This document shows, one piece after another, positions 24,609-36,066 of a stretch of 64,000 nt of DNA. The notes beneath the pieces are model-generated. The model did not search any database. It worked only from the letters and a program-made list of their open reading frames with translations, and was not told where the DNA came from. The stretch lies in assembly GCA_052327205.1 (NCBI GenBank), contig CM126231.1, positions 9,982,001-10,046,000 on the forward strand, in the 5' to 3' direction. Origin of the DNA: Somniosus microcephalus. Lineage: Eukaryota. The stretch's first letter is position 1; the number at the start of each line of letters is the position of its first letter. The translations under genes and the position numbers were made by a program.

Positions 24609-25628
24609 CATAGAATGACACAGCACAGAAGGAAGCCATTCGGCCCATCATGCCTATGCCGGCTCTTTTGAAAGAACTACCTAATTAATCCCACTCCTCT
24701 GCCCTTTCCCCGTAGCCCTGCAAATTTTTCTCCTTCAAGTATTTATCCAATTCCCTTTTTGAAAGTTATTGTTGAATCTGCTTTAAGTCAGTGCATTCCA
24801 GAGTATAACAACTCGCTGCGTAAAACTTTATTTCCTCGTGTCACCTCTGGTTCTTTTGCCTATTACAAGAAACTTTGTGCTATCCGGCACCGACGGGACC
24901 GAGCTGTTGCCGTTCCCTCAAAACTGCCGGACACTCCAGCGTTAATGTTGAAGCATACGGAGCTTTTCATCTCCGTATCTGACAACAAACACTGTTGCTT
25001 AGCAACAGCTTCTAAACAGTCGGCCCGTACCTTGGAGGCGTCTCTCTGAAGCTGTTGCTAAGCTACAGAGACTTTGCAGAGCCTGACTGTTGGGGGGAAA
25101 AAAAGCCACGAGAAGAAAAAAAACCTAACAAAACGGCTCCTGATTTTTGCCGGTGGCTCGAGCTTGCCGGACATTTAGCCTCCGGATAACACAAAGTTTC
25201 CTGTACCTTAAATCTGGTGTCCTCTGGTTACCGACCCTCCTGCCATTGGAAACAGTTTCACAGAATCACAGAAACCCCACAGTGCAGATAGAGGCCATTT
25301 CGGCCCATCGAGCCTGCACCGACACATATCCCACCCGATCCCCGTAACCCCTACACAAACACATATCCCACCCCTATCCCCGTAACCCCACGTATTTAAT
25401 CCCCCTAACACTAAGGGTCAATTTTATCATAGCCAATCAACCTCTCCCCAACTACTCTATCAAAACCCTCCACGATTTTGAACACCTCTCTAAATTCTCC
25501 CCTTAACCTTCTCTGCTCTAAGGAGAACAACCCCAGCTTCTCTCGTCTCTCCACGTGACCGATGTCTTGCATCGCTGGTACCATTCTAGCAAACCTCCTC
25601 TGCACCCTCTCCAAGGCCGTGACATCCT
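24609..25628 (-). mobile_element. CR1 3' fragment carrying a MITE and a V-SINE 3' part (about 25257-25437)
   Basis: ERVQRRFARM..LEQRRLRG peptide; V-SINE tail on the minus strand. Confidence 0.8.
24866..25203 (-). mobile_element. Tigger-like MITE
   Basis: TIRs plus TA TSD; reverse complement of 1428-1761. Confidence 0.88.
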
Positions 25629-25780
25629 ACGAGTTTAGCACTGAACATTCTAGATTCTTCTGTGTTGGTGCGCACCTGATGCAAGGCACTATTTGGGGAA
25701 GGAAAGGTGTGTGGCAAGAGTAACTCAACTGGTAACTCCAATCTCAGGAGCCAGCCTAGAAAGTAAGGATTAAGGATATA

Positions 25781-26044
25781 CAGGAAACTCTCTTTTACCC
25801 GGCACCTAAATATCCGGAAATCTCTCTTAAACGGCAAAATTCAGGAGTAGGTTCAGGTAAGTTTTACTATATATTAGTGGCCGTGTAACCGGGGTTCCTG
25901 CACCTGTGGCAGTGTAACCGGGGCTCCTGCACCTGTTGCTGTGTACGGGGCTCTCGTACCTTTTTACTATACCTCTCTGTAATCCGGACTTTTTGATCAA
26001 CCGGCACCACGCCGGTCCCGTCGGTGCCGGATAAGAGTTTCCTG
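25781..26044 (+). mobile_element. Tigger-like MITE variant with internal ~29-bp tandem repeat
   Basis: CAGGAAACTCT/AGAGTTTCCTG TIR, TA TSD, GTGTAACCGGGG(T/C)TCCTGCACCTGT about 2.5 times. Confidence 0.82.
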
Positions 26045-26149
26045 TACTAGAGTGGCACTTGGTGTTGTAGTTGAAACTGGGAGTGACACTGGTTAGCCAA
26101 AAGGGAAGTAAATCTGCCTTTTTGTTGAAAGGTCTGTTTTATATAAGAA

Positions 26150-26658
26150 AGAAAGGCTTGCATTTCTATAGCGCCTTTCACGACCACCGGATGTCCCAAA
26201 GCGCTTTACAGCCAATGAAGTGCTTTTTGAAGTGTATTCGCTGTTGCAATGTGGGAAACGTGGCAGCCAATTTGCGCACAGCAAGCTTCCACAAACAGCA
26301 ATGTGATAATGACCAGATAATCTGTTTTTTTTTTGTTATGTTGATTGAGGGATAAATATTGACCAGGACACCAGGGATAGCTCACCTGCTCTTCTTCAAA
26401 ATAGTGTCCGTGGGATCTTTTACGTCCACCTGAGAGAGCAGACGGGGCCTCGGTTTAAAGTGTTCTCTGAAAGAGAACAGCTCCGACAGTGCAGCGCTCC
26501 CTCAGTACTGCCCCTCCGACAGTGTGGCGTTCCCTCCGCACTGTACTGGGCATGTCCGCCTAGCTTTATGTGCTCAAGTCCCTGGAGTGCGGACTTGAAC
26601 CCACAACCTTCTGACGCGGAGGCGAGAGAGAGTGCTACCAACAGAGCCACTGGCTGAC
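26150..26658 (-). mobile_element. Deu-domain SINE
   Basis: Family similarity; internal duplication of the CTCCGACAGTG motif. Confidence 0.85.
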
Positions 26659-27173
26659 ACAGAAGGAAAATAACTTTGATGAGAATTTCGCGTGGCTTTC
26701 GAAACACTGAACATTCTGCTATTCCTGTGAATCACAAGCAGCACTGCACGTAATGCAATTTCAAACCAGCCTGAGCTGGATATCTCTATCCGGAGCTTTG
26801 GGAGCCTGAGATTTGGTAACGCTGCCTGAGAAAGTGCTTTTCCAGATGGCGGCATTGGCTTCCTGGGATCGCTGGCACTGGATCAGCGATTGGGCAGGTC
26901 TGAATTTGCAGCCCCAGACGTTTAACATGGAGCCTCTGGAGTGCATGATGGGAGTGGGATTCTATCCTTTGGCAATGTCACTGTGTAGTAAGAGACAGAC
27001 AGAGACAGCGATGACTGGAGAACTGTACGTGGGCAATTAACACTGCTGCATTTTACAAAAAATATCAAACAAAATTTGCAGGAACGTGTGATTTTTTTTT
27101 TTCTGCATAAAATGGGGAGCACTTTGAACCAAAAGCTGTCTTCTCGTTATGTTACCTGCCCGTCATGCATAGT

Positions 27174-27570
27174 GTCAGACCGTGGCACAGTGGGTAGCAC
27201 CCTCGTTACTGAATCAGAAGGTTGTGGGTTCAAAGTCCCACTCCAGAGACTTGAGCACGTACAGCTAGCCTGACACTCCAGTGCGGTGCTGAGGGAGCGC
27301 TGCACTGTTGGAGGTGCCGTCTTTCGGATGAGACGTTAAACCGAGGCCCCGTCTGCTCTCGCAGGTGGACGTAAAAGATCCCACGGGCACTATTTCGAAG
27401 AAGAGCAGGGAGGAGTTCTCCCTGGTGTCCTGGGGCCAATATTTATCCCTCAATCAACATAACGAAAAAAGATTATCTGGTCATTATCACATTGCTGTTT
27501 GTGGGAGCTTGCTGTGCGCAAATTGGCTGCCGTGTTTCCTACATTACAACAGTGACTACACTTCAAAAAC
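27174..27570 (+). mobile_element. Deu-domain SINE
   Basis: tRNA head plus Deu core. Confidence 0.87.
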
Positions 27571-28400
27571 TACTCAAGTCTCTACCTCAGCCCTACCAAC
27601 CCATGCACTGTGTATTAAATGCAGTAAACTAAAGCAAATTGTCCTGTAGTAAATCACGTAGAAGGCTAATTAAGTTGTTCTTTTCTTGAGCATTATACCT
27701 GTATAATCACCTTTTTTATAGCCACGATCTGAAAACAAATAAACGGAGATGAAACTAAGGTGTTTGCTCATTAACTGCAACAGTTTATCATTCCAATTAA
27801 ATTGATCGCGTTTTCACTTAATGATAAACTTTTCCCAGTTGCAGACTCCCTTGGGAGGCCCAGATATTCGTACATTTTCTGTTCAACCACATGTCTGATA
27901 CTTATCAGTTGCTGCCGATGCTAACTGCATGAGCAGCAATCGCAGACGCTTCACCCAGGCACACACTCCCTCTCTCTCTCTCTCTCTGCAGCGGTATTCT
28001 TCTGGTGAAGTGAAGCCCCTGAGAAATGTTGATGGTTGAACACACGACTTTCTCGGTCATTAGCAGGCGCATATGCCCTTTTACATGTGTGAATATGAGA
28101 TGGCGGGGGGAAAATTCAAGGAAGTCACGGCTCATTATTGTTTGACAGTTCCCCCAGCGCTTCCGTAGTGCAGAATTCATTCGTATTTCATGCTATGGGC
28201 TGTCGCTGTACTGTTTGAAGGCGACTGCCATTAACAAGGTTATAGTGAGCTTGCAGTTTGATGCCATTATGGCTTTCGAAGTTGTTCTATATGGCCCAGC
28301 ATTTATGTGCTCCCTGTAGCAGCTCTAATGAGGTTACGCTGTTAAGTTCACCTTTGGAGTAGGTGATACATAATTAAGTTTGTAACCAGCTGATCTCTCG

Positions 28401-28870
28401 TGTCGGCTGTGGCTCAATGGGTGGCCATCTCCCCTCCTGCAGTTCATGAAAGTTGTGGGTTCAAGTTCCCACTCCAGAGACTTGAGCACAAAAATCTAGG
28501 CTGACACTCCAGTGCGGTGCTGAGGGAGTGCCGCACTGTCGGAGGTGCCGTCTTTCGGATGAGACGTTAAACCGAGGTCCCGTCTGCTCTCTCAGGTGGA
28601 CGTAAAAGATCCCACGGCCACTATTTCGAAAAAGAGCAGGGGAGAGTTATCCCCGGTGTCCTGGCCAATATTTATCCCTCAACCAACTTCACTGAAACAG
28701 ATTATCTGGTCATTATAGCATAATATTTGTGGGAGCTTGCTGTGTGCAAATTGGCTGTCGCATTTCCTACATTACAACAGTGACTACACTTCAAAAACTA
28801 CTTCATTGGCTGTAAAGCACTTTGGGAAGTCCTGAGGTTGTGAAAGGCGCTATAGAAATGCAATTCTTTT
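28401..28870 (+). mobile_element. Deu-domain SINE, full length
   Basis: tRNA head, Deu core, AAAGGCGCTATAGAAATGCAA tail followed by a pyrimidine-rich stretch. Confidence 0.87.
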
Positions 28871-29049
28871 TTTCCTTCCTTCTTTCTTTCTTTACTTCCA
28901 TCTTTCTTCTTCCTTTTCTTTCTTTCTTTTCTTTTCCTTTTTTGTGGGAACATTTATTCCCAAAAATAAATGCGGTATCTGAGGGTCACACATGCGCTGT
29001 GCTTTATGTATAGAGAGATCATCAGTAGATAAACACACATGCAAAATTG

Positions 29050-29370
29050 GCCATGATAAAAATTGGCCCTTAGTGTTAGGGGGGATTAAATACGTGGGGT
29101 TATGGGGTTACGGGGATAGGGCTTGGGTGGGATGGCTGTCGGTGTAGGGACCGGGTGCTAGGGTTTGGATGATCAGCCATGATCTTGTTGAATGGCGGAG
29201 CAGGCTCGAAGGGCCGAATGGCCTACTCCTGCTCCTATCTTCTATGTTTCTATGTTTCTATGTAAAACACCGCCGATGCTGGAAATTGGAAATAAAACGA
29301 AAAATGCTGGAAACACTCAGCAGGTCAGGCAGCATCAGTGGAGAGAGAAACAGAGTTAAAGTTTCAGGTC
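29050..29370. mobile_element. Cluster: V-SINE 3' fragment, CR1 tail, Penelope-derived fragment
   Basis: Each part matches other copies in the window. Confidence 0.65.
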
Positions 29371-29594
29371 AGATAAATATGTCTAGATTATATAGATGGA
29401 CAGTAATATTTCACTACTGCAGAATCTGCAACATTGCATTGCTATAGCACAACTTGGTAGTGTGCAAGTGTGCAGTCTCTGACCGGTGTTGAAAAGTACG
29501 ATGCTGGAAATTTGCCAAGAAGTTGCCACCAAGACCGCCAGGAAATCGCAGTCAATAACTACCGTATATTTGAATTCTTTTCTGTCGGTGTTCA

Positions 29595-30355
29595 GTGCAA
29601 TAGATTGGGAGAAGGGGAAGTGCAACGAGACCTGGGTGTCCTTGTGCACCAGTCGCTGAAGGTAAGCATGCAGGTGCAGCAGGCGGTTAAGAAGGCAAAT
29701 GGTATGTTGGCCTTCGTAGCAAGAGGGTTTGAGTACAGGAACAAGGATGTCTTGCTGCAGTTGTACAAGGCCTTGGTGAGACCACATTTTGAGTACTGTG
29801 TGCAGTTTTGGTTTTGGTCACCTTATCTGAGGAAGGATGTTCTTGCCATGGAGGGAGTTCAGCGAAGATTCACCAAGCTGATACCTGGGATGGCAGGAAT
29901 GACGTATGAGGAGAGATTGGGTCGATTGGGCTTATATTCGCTAGAGTTTAGAAGAATGAGAGGGGATCTCATTGGAACTTATAAAATTCTGACAGGACTG
30001 GACAGACTAGATGCAGGAAGGATGTTCCTGATGGTCGGGGAGTCCAGAACCAAGGGGTCACAGTCTAAGGATAAGGGGTAAGCCATTTAGGACAGAAATG
30101 AGGAGGAATTTCTTCACCTAGAGAGTGGTGAACCTATGGAATTCTCTACCACAGAAGGCAGTAGAGGCCAATTCATTAAATATATTCAAGAAGGAGTTGG
30201 ATATATTTCTTAAGGCTAAAGGGATCAAGGGATATGGGGAGAAGGCAGGGACAGGGTACTGAATTTGGATGATCAGCCATGATCTCGTTAAATGGCAGAG
30301 CAGGCTCAAGGGGCCGAATGGCCTACTCCTGCTCCTATCTTCTATGTTTCTAAGT
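29595..30355 (+). mobile_element. CR1 3' fragment
   Basis: ORF 29470-30081 (QRDLGVLV, RPHFEYCVQFW). Confidence 0.9.
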
Positions 30356-31139
30356 TACCTACCTGTATCCCGCAGGTGTCAGTGTGGCAGCTATCAGCTG
30401 TGCATGAGATCCCTACGTTTTGATTCTGAAATCTGAGGTCAAAGAATTATGTTTTGTCGTTCGGTGATCAGCTTCCCCGGTTTAATTGCTGTCAGGAGTA
30501 CGTCTGCACGGGCACAGGACGAGCGGGCAGGAAATGCTGTCGCTCTACCCACAGTCAATAGTGAAAGTGGAGTTAATTAGGCACAGGGTTCCTGTCCAAG
30601 CATTTAATGATACGACAATGTTCCTGCAGTATTATAGGATTATCACAATCTCATACCACCTTGTAGTCATCTCGCAGACCTGTAATTCAGGCATTTTAAA
30701 TTGCTGTGATTGCACTTTTTTTGACTGCCCCATTACCCTTATGTTCTACTTCTTTGGAGTACGATCTCGTGCAATTACATTTTCTGGATGTTGAAGTACC
30801 TTTCGCACCATATTACGACTCAAAATTAAACTGCCCTCCACTGCAATTTACGCCTGTTTGTCAAACTGAGGAAGCTGGGAGACAAAATAAGTGCCTGTCT
30901 ACGAAGGACTGACTTACATCGCCCACAGTCATAAGCCCACCCACCCAACCAGTTTCAAGTTAATTCCCACCCACACACAATATTTCAAGCTTACTTTTTT
31001 TGAGTTCTAAAGGATTTTTTTTTTTAAACCAACCTAGGGAGAAAAAAGAGCAAATTTACTCGGCAACGCAAAGCAAACTGATTTCCTGCCAATGTTGCTC
31101 CTAACTTCAATGATGAGCACTTAACCCTGATCAGATATA

Positions 31140-31623
31140 AAAGAAAGACCTGCATTTCTATAGCGCCTTTCACAACCACCGGATGCCCCAAAGCACTTTA
31201 CAGCCAATTAAATACTTTTTGAAGTGTCGTCACTGTTGTAATGTGGGAAACGCGGCAGCCAATTTGCGCACAGCAAGCTCCCACAAACAGCAATGTGATA
31301 AATGACCAGATCATCTGTTTCAGTGGTGTTGATTAAGGGATAAATATTGGGTGGGTTTCTTTCTTTCTTTCTTTCTGGGACACCTCCCTGCTCTTCTTCG
31401 AAATAGTGGCCATGGGATCTTGTACGTCCACCTGAGAGAGCAGACGGGGCCTCGGTTTAACGTCTCATCTGAAAGACGGCACCTCCGACAGTGCAGCACT
31501 CCCTCAGCACTGCACTGGGAGTGTCAGCCTGGATTTTTGTGCTCAATTCCCTGGAGTGGGGCTTGAACCCACAACCTTCTGACTCGGAGGCGAGAGTGCC
31601 GCCCACTGAACCAAGGCTGACAC
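31140..31623 (-). mobile_element. Deu-domain SINE
   Basis: Family similarity. Confidence 0.85.
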
Positions 31624-32124
31624 TGTAAACTGAATTATAAACTTTGTTCTTCTCCGCGAAAGCTGGTGAGTTTATGCTCCTAACTGACGTAATCAGAACT
31701 GTGCCCAAGTTCTGATGTGATGCTGTATACATGCGCGATCTTTGGATGACCCAAGTTGGATATTGGGATGATGTGGCCACTGCTGTGTTGACCATAGAAT
31801 CCTATTTTCTCAGAAGTTGTTGGTGTGAAACCCTAACTTAGAACAGAATTCATTGCTTCAAAATTGGATATCATAAAAGTCACCGCACTGAAGGAGGCCA
31901 TTCAGCCCCTTGCACATGAGCCAATGCTATTCCTTTAACTGGAGCTGCCCACCCTAATCCCGTTCCCCTTGTATCCTTTTTCAATGCCCTTTCAAGTGAT
32001 GTTCATCTCTGCTTCAGTAGCCATTAGTGGTAGATCATTCCACGTTCTAATGACCCCCATTTCTGCTGACTGCCCCATTGGTTCTTCTTTTGATAATCCT
32101 GAGTCGATGCTCTGTCTATCTAAG

Positions 32125-32300
32125 GTAGGAAATAGGAGTCGGCCATTCGGCCCCTCGAGCCTGCTCCGCCATTCACCGAAGATCATGGCTGATCTTCTAC
32201 CTCAACTCCACTTTTCCGTCTGATCCCCACATCCCTCGATTCCCTTAGAGTCCAAAAAATCTATCGATCTCAGCCTTGAATATACTCAACGACTGAGCAT
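32125..32300 (-). mobile_element. CR1 3' tail fragment
   Basis: ATAGGAGTCGGCCATTCGGCCCCTCGAGCCTGCTCCGCCATTC. Confidence 0.75.
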
Positions 32301-32787
32301 CTCTTAGGCGAGAGCTCTGATCTGGCTTGTGAAAGAAGATTATTGTAATGGGAAGTGGCTTCAAAGTACAATACTTCCTGATTCGGTTTGCTGGAGCCTT
32401 TATTTCCTCTCCCACTCCTGCTTGTGAGCAATAATTCCCATATTAACCAACAATATTTTTGCATTCTTGGCCGACAAGTGGTCTACAATGTGAATTGTAG
32501 CTATCTTGGCAGATGGACACGGAAAGATGCCAAGCTCTGTCATTGTGACAGTTGCTGCAAACACTCGCTCATGCTGAATCTCGGTCTGTCACAGAGCAGC
32601 TCTGGACTACTTCACATTAGTTAGTCTCCCACCCCAGCTCTCCTGAAGCTACTGATGCTTGCTCTGGTACACTCCCACACCTGTCCGGCACCTTGTCCAA
32701 GTGGCTATTGCCCCAAATGGTGAGCACGGAGAGACATCTCAGCAGAGCCCGATGCTGTCCACCTCCGCTTCCAAACAGGTGGATTTT

Positions 32788-33213
32788 NNNNNNNNNNNNN
32801 NNNNNNNNNNNNNNNNNNNNNNNNNNNNNNNNNNNNNNNNNNNNNNNNNNNNNNNNNNNNNNNNNNNNNNNNNNNNNNNNNNNNNNNNNNNNNNNNNNNN
32901 NNNNNNNNNNNNNNNNNNNNNNNNNNNNNNNNNNNNNNNNNNNNNNNNNNNNNNNNNNNNNNNNNNNNNNNNNNNNNNNNNNNNNNNNNNNNNNNNNNNN
33001 NNNNNNNNNNNNNNNNNNNNNNNNNNNNNNNNNNNNNNNNNNNNNNNNNNNNNNNNNNNNNNNNNNNNNNNNNNNNNNNNNNNNNNNNNNNNNNNNNNNN
33101 NNNNNNNNNNNNNNNNNNNNNNNNNNNNNNNNNNNNNNNNNNNNNNNNNNNNNNNNNNNNNNNNNNNNNNNNNNNNNNNNNNNNNNNNNNNNNNNNNNNN
33201 NNNNNNNNNNNNN
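32788..33213. other. Assembly gap
   Basis: Run of N. Confidence 1.
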
Positions 33214-33444
33214 TTGGTTGTCCGTCCCCTTCCCGCCTCCGTTAAAACTAGAAGTAGGCGGGCTGGAGGCGGGATCAGGTCGGGAATCCCATTTTTTACA
33301 ACTTAACTGCCCCCACGCTCCAAACCATCCTGTTTTTTTGGGGGAGAATTCCGACCAGCATCTATTCCATTGCTGCTTGTTCAAAACTGAAATCGGTGCC
33401 GTCATGGGAGCTGCTTTGTTTTTTGATATCATCTGTAACAGTAG

Positions 33445-34572
33445 ATATCAATGAACTGGTCAGGTGGGCAGAATAGTGGCAAATGGAAATGTGATGAAAT
33501 ATGTCATTCATCAGACTCTGTAGTTAACTACATATATTGTATTGCCTGCTCCGGTGTTTTACCTTGTATTGTATATAGTGCACCGCCCCCTTTGTGTGTC
33601 AGCTCCGCCCATACCTGGCCCTACTTAAGACAAGCCCAGGCTTGTCTTGCAGCAGAACAGCAGAAGCTAGGTGAAGACACAGGCATCTTTCTTTGCTAAT
33701 AAAAGCCTTGTTTTATTCAGTTAACTTTGAGTCTTGAAGTTATTGAGGCGCATCAGGAAATCAATCCGGAGAAGTGTGAGGTAATGCATTTGGGGAGGGC
33801 TAACAAGGCAAAGGAATACACAATAAATGGTAGGACACTGAAGTGTAGAGGAACAAACGGACCTTGGAGTGCAGGTCCACAGATCCCTGAAGGCAACAGG
33901 CCAGGTAGATAAGGTGGTTAAGAAGGCAGATGGAATACTTGCCTTTATTAGCCGAGGCATGGAATACAAGAGCAGGGAGGTTATGCTTGAACTGTATAAA
34001 ACACTAGTTAGGCCACAGCTAGAATACTGCGTGTAGTTCTGGTCACCACATTACAGGAAAGATGTGATTGCACTAGAGAGGGTGCAGAGGAGATTTACAA
34101 GGATGTTGCTGGGAGTAGAGAATCTTAGATATGAGGAAAGACTGGATAGGCTGGGTCTGTTTTCCTTGGAACAGAGGAGGCTGAGGGGAGACCTTATTGA
34201 GGTGTATAAAATTATGAGGGGCATAGATAAAGTGGATAGAAAGGACCTATTTCCCTTAGCAGAGGGGTCAAAAACCAGGGGGCACAGATTTAAAGTAATT
34301 GGTGGAAGGTTTAGAGGGGATTTGAGGGGAAATTTCTTCACCCAGAGGGTTGTGGGTGTCTGGAACTCACTGCCTGAAAGGGTGGTAGAGGCAGGAACCC
34401 TAACCACATTTAAAAAGTACTTGGATGTGCACTTGGGATGCTGTAACCTGCAGGGCTACGGACCAAGAGCTGGGAAGTGGGATTAGGCTGGATAGCACTT
34501 TGTCGGCCGGCGCGGACACGATGGGCCGAAATGGCCTCCTTCCGTGCTGTAACTTTCTATGATTCTATGATT
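33445..34572 (+). mobile_element. CR1 3' fragment split by a solo LTR
   Basis: EKCEVMHLGR and LERVQRRFTRM..WNSLP peptides; TTCTATGA tail. Confidence 0.88.
33490..33755 (+). mobile_element. Gypsy solo LTR, sister family of the 34826-42101 element
   Basis: TGTGATGAAATAT...TTATTGAGGCGCATCA, 5-bp TSD GGAAA; shares termini and GCTCCGCCCATACCTGGCCC with the full-length element LTR. Confidence 0.88.
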
Positions 34573-35124
34573 TCATTACCAGCAATCTGAGCACCTCAGG
34601 GAACAGAAGGTTACAGTGAAAAGGTGAAACCTGACACCGTCTGCGAAAATCTTTAAAAGTGCTTGAATATTTAATTCAAGATGACCTGGAGCCGAGTAAT
34701 TCAAGTCTTGCCACGATTTAATTGGAAGGCATCAAACTTTCAGAGCACCAGGTCAGTCCGAAGTGATGCGCAGAATATTTTTGATTCTTAACTAGTGCCG
34801 TTAGGTAAAATTCAGAAAGAATAATTGATGTGCCTCAATAATTCTGAGACTCGATGTTAGCAAAAGAAAACAAGGCTTTTATTAACTTAGAAGGTAACAC
34901 GTAGTGGAGAGAGGTATCTTCCATCCGGAGGGCTGCAGTACTGGATATGAGGCCAGACTGAGCTTGCTTACATAGGGGCCAGGTATGGGCGGAGCCCTAC
35001 ACACAACACATTCCAATATACAATACAATGGTGAGGAAACGGAACTGGGGGAAGGGAAATGAAACTGAAACCGACCACAGTCACAGGCCGTGATGAATGG
35101 AATATTTCATCACATTCACCCCTT

Positions 35125-36066
35125 CTATAGATTTAGTCTGTTCGGGGGTTTGATAGTCCTCTGCGACCGACGTGGCTGTTGCGGTGCCGCGGGTGTCGGC
35201 TGGGTGTCCCTGGTAGCCTCCTGGGTCTCTGCCGGGGGTGCCGCCAGGGTTGTTGAAGGGGTAGTTGGTGGGGGTGCCGTTGGTCAATGTTCTTCCGGGG
35301 GTGATGAAAGAGTAGTGGGTGGGTAAGAGTTGCTGCGATCGTTGTCGCTGCTATCGCCGTGGTTGTTGTCGATGCCGGCTGGGGCGACGTCTTTTATGGA
35401 CATGGTGTCCTCCCTTCCGTCGGCGTGCCGGACATATGCGTATTGGGGGTTGGCGTGGAGTAGGTACACTGGCTCCACGAGAGGGTCCGTCTTGTGGCCC
35501 CTCACATGCCTTCGCACGAATACCGGACCTGGGGTGGAGAGCCATGACGGCATGGATACGCCTGAGGTGGATTTCCGGGGAAAGACAAACATTCGTTCAT
35601 GAGGCGTGGCATTAGTGGTAGTACACAATAGCGACCGTATCGAATGGAGCACATCCGAGAGGACTTCCTGCCAGCGGGAGATAGGGAGGCCCTTGGTCCT
35701 TAGAGCTAGAGTGACTGCTTTCCATACTGTCCCGTTCTCTCGCTCCACTTGGCCGTTACCCCGGGGGTTGTAGCTGGTGGTACGGCTCGTGGCGATCCCC
35801 CTGGACAGCATGTACTGGCGTAGCTGTTCACTCATGAAGGACGCCCCCCTATCCGTATGGATGTAGCTCGGCATACCGAACAGGCAGAACAGGCTGTTGA
35901 GGCATTTAATGACCGTGGCGCTGGTCATGTCTGGGCAGGGGAAGGCGAATGGGAACCGGGAGTATTCGTCCACAATGTTCAGGAAGTAAACATTGCGGTC
36001 GACGGACGGGAGGGGGCCCTTGAAATCTAAGCTGAGCCGCTCAAAGGGCCGTGTAGCTTTGATTAA
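35125..36066 (-). pseudogene. Gypsy integrase core and C-terminus
   Basis: LSLDFKG, HTDRG, NGQVERENG (DDE); in-frame TGA at 35284-86, then the frame continues to PRRSQRTIKPPNRLNL* ending at the PPT. Confidence 0.92.

Noticed and set aside
25884-25960. Short direct repeats resembling a CRISPR array
   Set aside because: Tandem units without unique spacers inside a MITE, in a vertebrate genome
32617-33454. Long ORFs with X runs (also 45905-46467)
   Set aside because: Artefacts of N gaps
35125-35283. Possible env or chromodomain ORF in the Gypsy element
   Set aside because: Only the Pro/Thr-rich integrase tail; it ends at the PPT with no room for env
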